64,000 bases of DNA, from NCBI GenBank assembly GCA_963693365.1, contig CAVNZM010000006.1, positions 9,861,355-9,925,354 on the forward strand. Reading direction: 5' to 3'. The notes under the pieces were generated by a model. That model ran no database searches. It had not been told where the DNA came from and worked only from the letters and a program-made list of their open reading frames with translations. The stretch comes from Amoebidium appalachense. Taxonomy: Eukaryota; Protista; Ichthyosporea. Both the position numbers and the translations under genes were made by a program. Below, piece by piece: positions 55,242 to 64,000 of the stretch; position 1 is the first letter of the stretch, and each line of letters starts with the position of its first letter.

Positions 55242-55547
55242 TGTCGAACAGGATAGCCATCCGGTATGCCCTGCGTTAGCGTAGCACTAGTGATCGGGAA
55301 TATTCGAGATATTCGGGATAAACTGGTGGATAGGTTCACGATAGATCAGGATAGATCTAGAAGAGTCTAGAAGATTCTATTGGAGTGTTTTGATTGGTAG
55401 CGACTAGATCCACAGCGGCGGGTAGACCAATCGGGAATAGTATGTAACATTCCAGTTAGCCAGACCACAAGTATATAAAGATCCCGGCAGGCCAGTCAAT
55501 GTAAGTCAGCAAATAATAAAGTCTCACAGAGAAACCTCTAAGTTACA
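55242..55547 (+). repeat. 3' LTR
   Basis: TGTCGAACAG...AAGTTACA, followed by TSD GCAGA. Confidence 0.97.
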
Positions 55548-55718
55548 GCAGACTGTTTAAGTACACACCGACCAGCTGCTGATATATTGCAACAAAAAGC
55601 CGGTCTCAGAAATCAAAGCAGTACTTACGCTACATGCCCCCCCCTGCCTAACTCCCCCCCCCCCCCCCCTCCCAAAAAAAATCACCCTCTTCCCCACCCC
55701 CCTCCCCCCAGAAATCCC

Positions 55719-55749
<31 letters not shown>

Positions 55750-55894
55750 AAAAAAAAAAACCCTTCTCTCTCTCTCTCTCTCCCCCCCCCCCCCCCCCCC
55801 CCCCCCCCCACCCCGCCCCCACACCCACCCACCCACTCCCCAACCCCCCCCCCCCCCCAAAAAAAAAAACCCCCTTCTCTCTCTCTCTCCCCCC

Positions 55895-55946
<52 letters not shown>

Positions 55947-57225
55947 GCCCTTCTCTTCCCACATCCTCCCTCCTCAACGAACACAAACGTGCCACACACA
56001 TCACACACACACGTGTCACTCACCGTCACTCCGGACACACACACACACTGTCACACGCACACATATCGCGACACACATGGTACACGAAGTGCTTGCTACT
56101 AAGCACTAAGCTTCCATCAAATTTTGTCCTCGAGTGATCAGAGGGATAGTGTTGGAGTTAAGTTTCACCACCCAAGTTGGTGCTCCAGGAAAGATCATCA
56201 TATGTATTCACACATCGGAACAGGCGCAGCCTGCGTTATGTACATATGTACGGTCACCGTGGTTGTGTATTAACCAGTAACTCCACATCATCATTATGTA
56301 ATGTACTTAGCAGCTGATTTACATAAGCTGACCCGAGAAGAAGTTTCATCTTTTGAGCTATTGCGTCAAGGTATCTAGCCGCTCGCTGCCTCCGAGATCA
56401 AGAAAAAAAGAAAAAAGGAACACATAGCAAGGCCAAGTAATGTACAATTACCAGCAGTACCAAGCTGTACACTTGCGGCCTAGTAGGTGGCCTACATGGT
56501 CATCTGTACAATATTGCTCCTGGACCATACAATCACATTCGCCTATGAATATTATGCGCCTCGCACGTGACTTCCGAACCTCCTTGCACCCTTTTCCGAC
56601 ATTCTGCGTTTCAGAACTTGAATCACAAAACATACGTTCGGAATGTTGCCAGATACCCACAGTCATTCAAATCTGTTCGAAGGGAGCAAGTGGTCAACTA
56701 TAAGGTGACCACTGTAATTCGGATATGGAACTTACTCTCTTACAGCTGTCTGCATACATGCAAATATCAATCGGCATACGAACTACATACATGAAGAATG
56801 AGTGCAACAAGTTGCCCAAGTCATAACCTTTGTCGATGATACTCCCCCATAATTAAACAACATGTCTGAAAAGGTATTCTGAGAATGTCTGTACCGACCG
56901 TTTGGTACTCACATGCTGCGCCACCTTGCATACGTGTGTGCTATACAGGTTGGTGTACACAGTGTGCACATGTGTTGGCGTGTGTTTTCTGTGTTTGTGT
57001 GGGCCATGTGTGTGTTTTTAAGCGCTGTGTTGAGTGGATACGTGGGTGGGTGGGCGGGGAAGCCGGGAGGGCCGGGGGGAGAGGGGGGGGGGGGGGGGGG
57101 GGGGGAGGGGGGGAGGGGGGGGTCGTCGTCCGATTAGGGATACGGGCAAGGGATGATGCCACCCTAACGAGAATACGCCAGGCACGACCTTATCCCGAGT
57201 GTGTTCTAGGGATGGTGGGTAGCTC

Positions 57226-63740
<6,515 letters not shown>

Positions 63741-64000
63741 CTGCAAGAGTAGAGTGAGTATTCGATCTTAGCTGCTAGTCTGTTGCATCATCACCCTTCT
63801 AGATTGCTTGGGTATATCATCAAGAAGAAAAGCACACAGCTGGGCAGATACACCAGGAGGTTACACGTAGAACAATTTTCTGCATGGACGTTATAATGTG
63901 TGCGGGTGTTTGGCCTTTGGTGGGGAGAAAGGAGGGGGGGGGGAGGGGGGGGGAGGGGGGAAGGGGGAGGGTATGCAGAACATATCAATGTTTTTGGGGA

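Larger units (their letters stand above)
51981..55547 (+). mobile_element. Ty1/copia LTR retrotransposon, internally deleted (no RT), with 5-bp TSD GCAGA
   Basis: TG...CA termini; two ~306-bp LTRs; GCAGA at 51976-51980 and 55548-55552; gag-PR-IN order diagnostic of copia; PBS and PPT present. Confidence 0.97.

Overview
Eukaryotic, very intron-rich DNA. It is most likely from a non-metazoan opisthokont, inferred from the dynein sequence; the species cannot be fixed from the window. (1) 1-43086, minus strand: the 5' ~80% of a cytoplasmic dynein-1 heavy chain gene, which I traced by hand through about 90 short exons (tail, linker, AAA1-AAA4, stalk, start of AAA5). It runs off the left edge. Five of its ~90 donors must be GC, one acceptor is AAG, and one exon has a 1-nt shortfall in a C7 run. 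(2) A ~3.7 kb divergent spacer with a CRE-like palindrome and a ~100-nt hairpin. (3) A three-exon, low-complexity orphan gene on + (46798-50325). (4) A young Ty1/copia LTR element (51981-55547) with a 5-bp TSD and a half-tRNA-iMet PBS. It has lost RT and most of RNase H. (5) A Sel1-like-repeat gene on - (57226 to at least 63740). Introns are full of poly-C/poly-G tracts, (CA)n and compound CnAn runs. The most unusual signal is a ~105-135 bp interspersed element, with 4 long copies and 3 end fragments. It always sits between G runs, always in the same orientation, inside dynein introns. Nearly all ORFs in the supplied track are homopolymer or microsatellite artefacts, or exon fragments. All alignments and counts were made by eye; exon boundaries may be off by a few nt and homopolymer lengths may be assembly-dependent.
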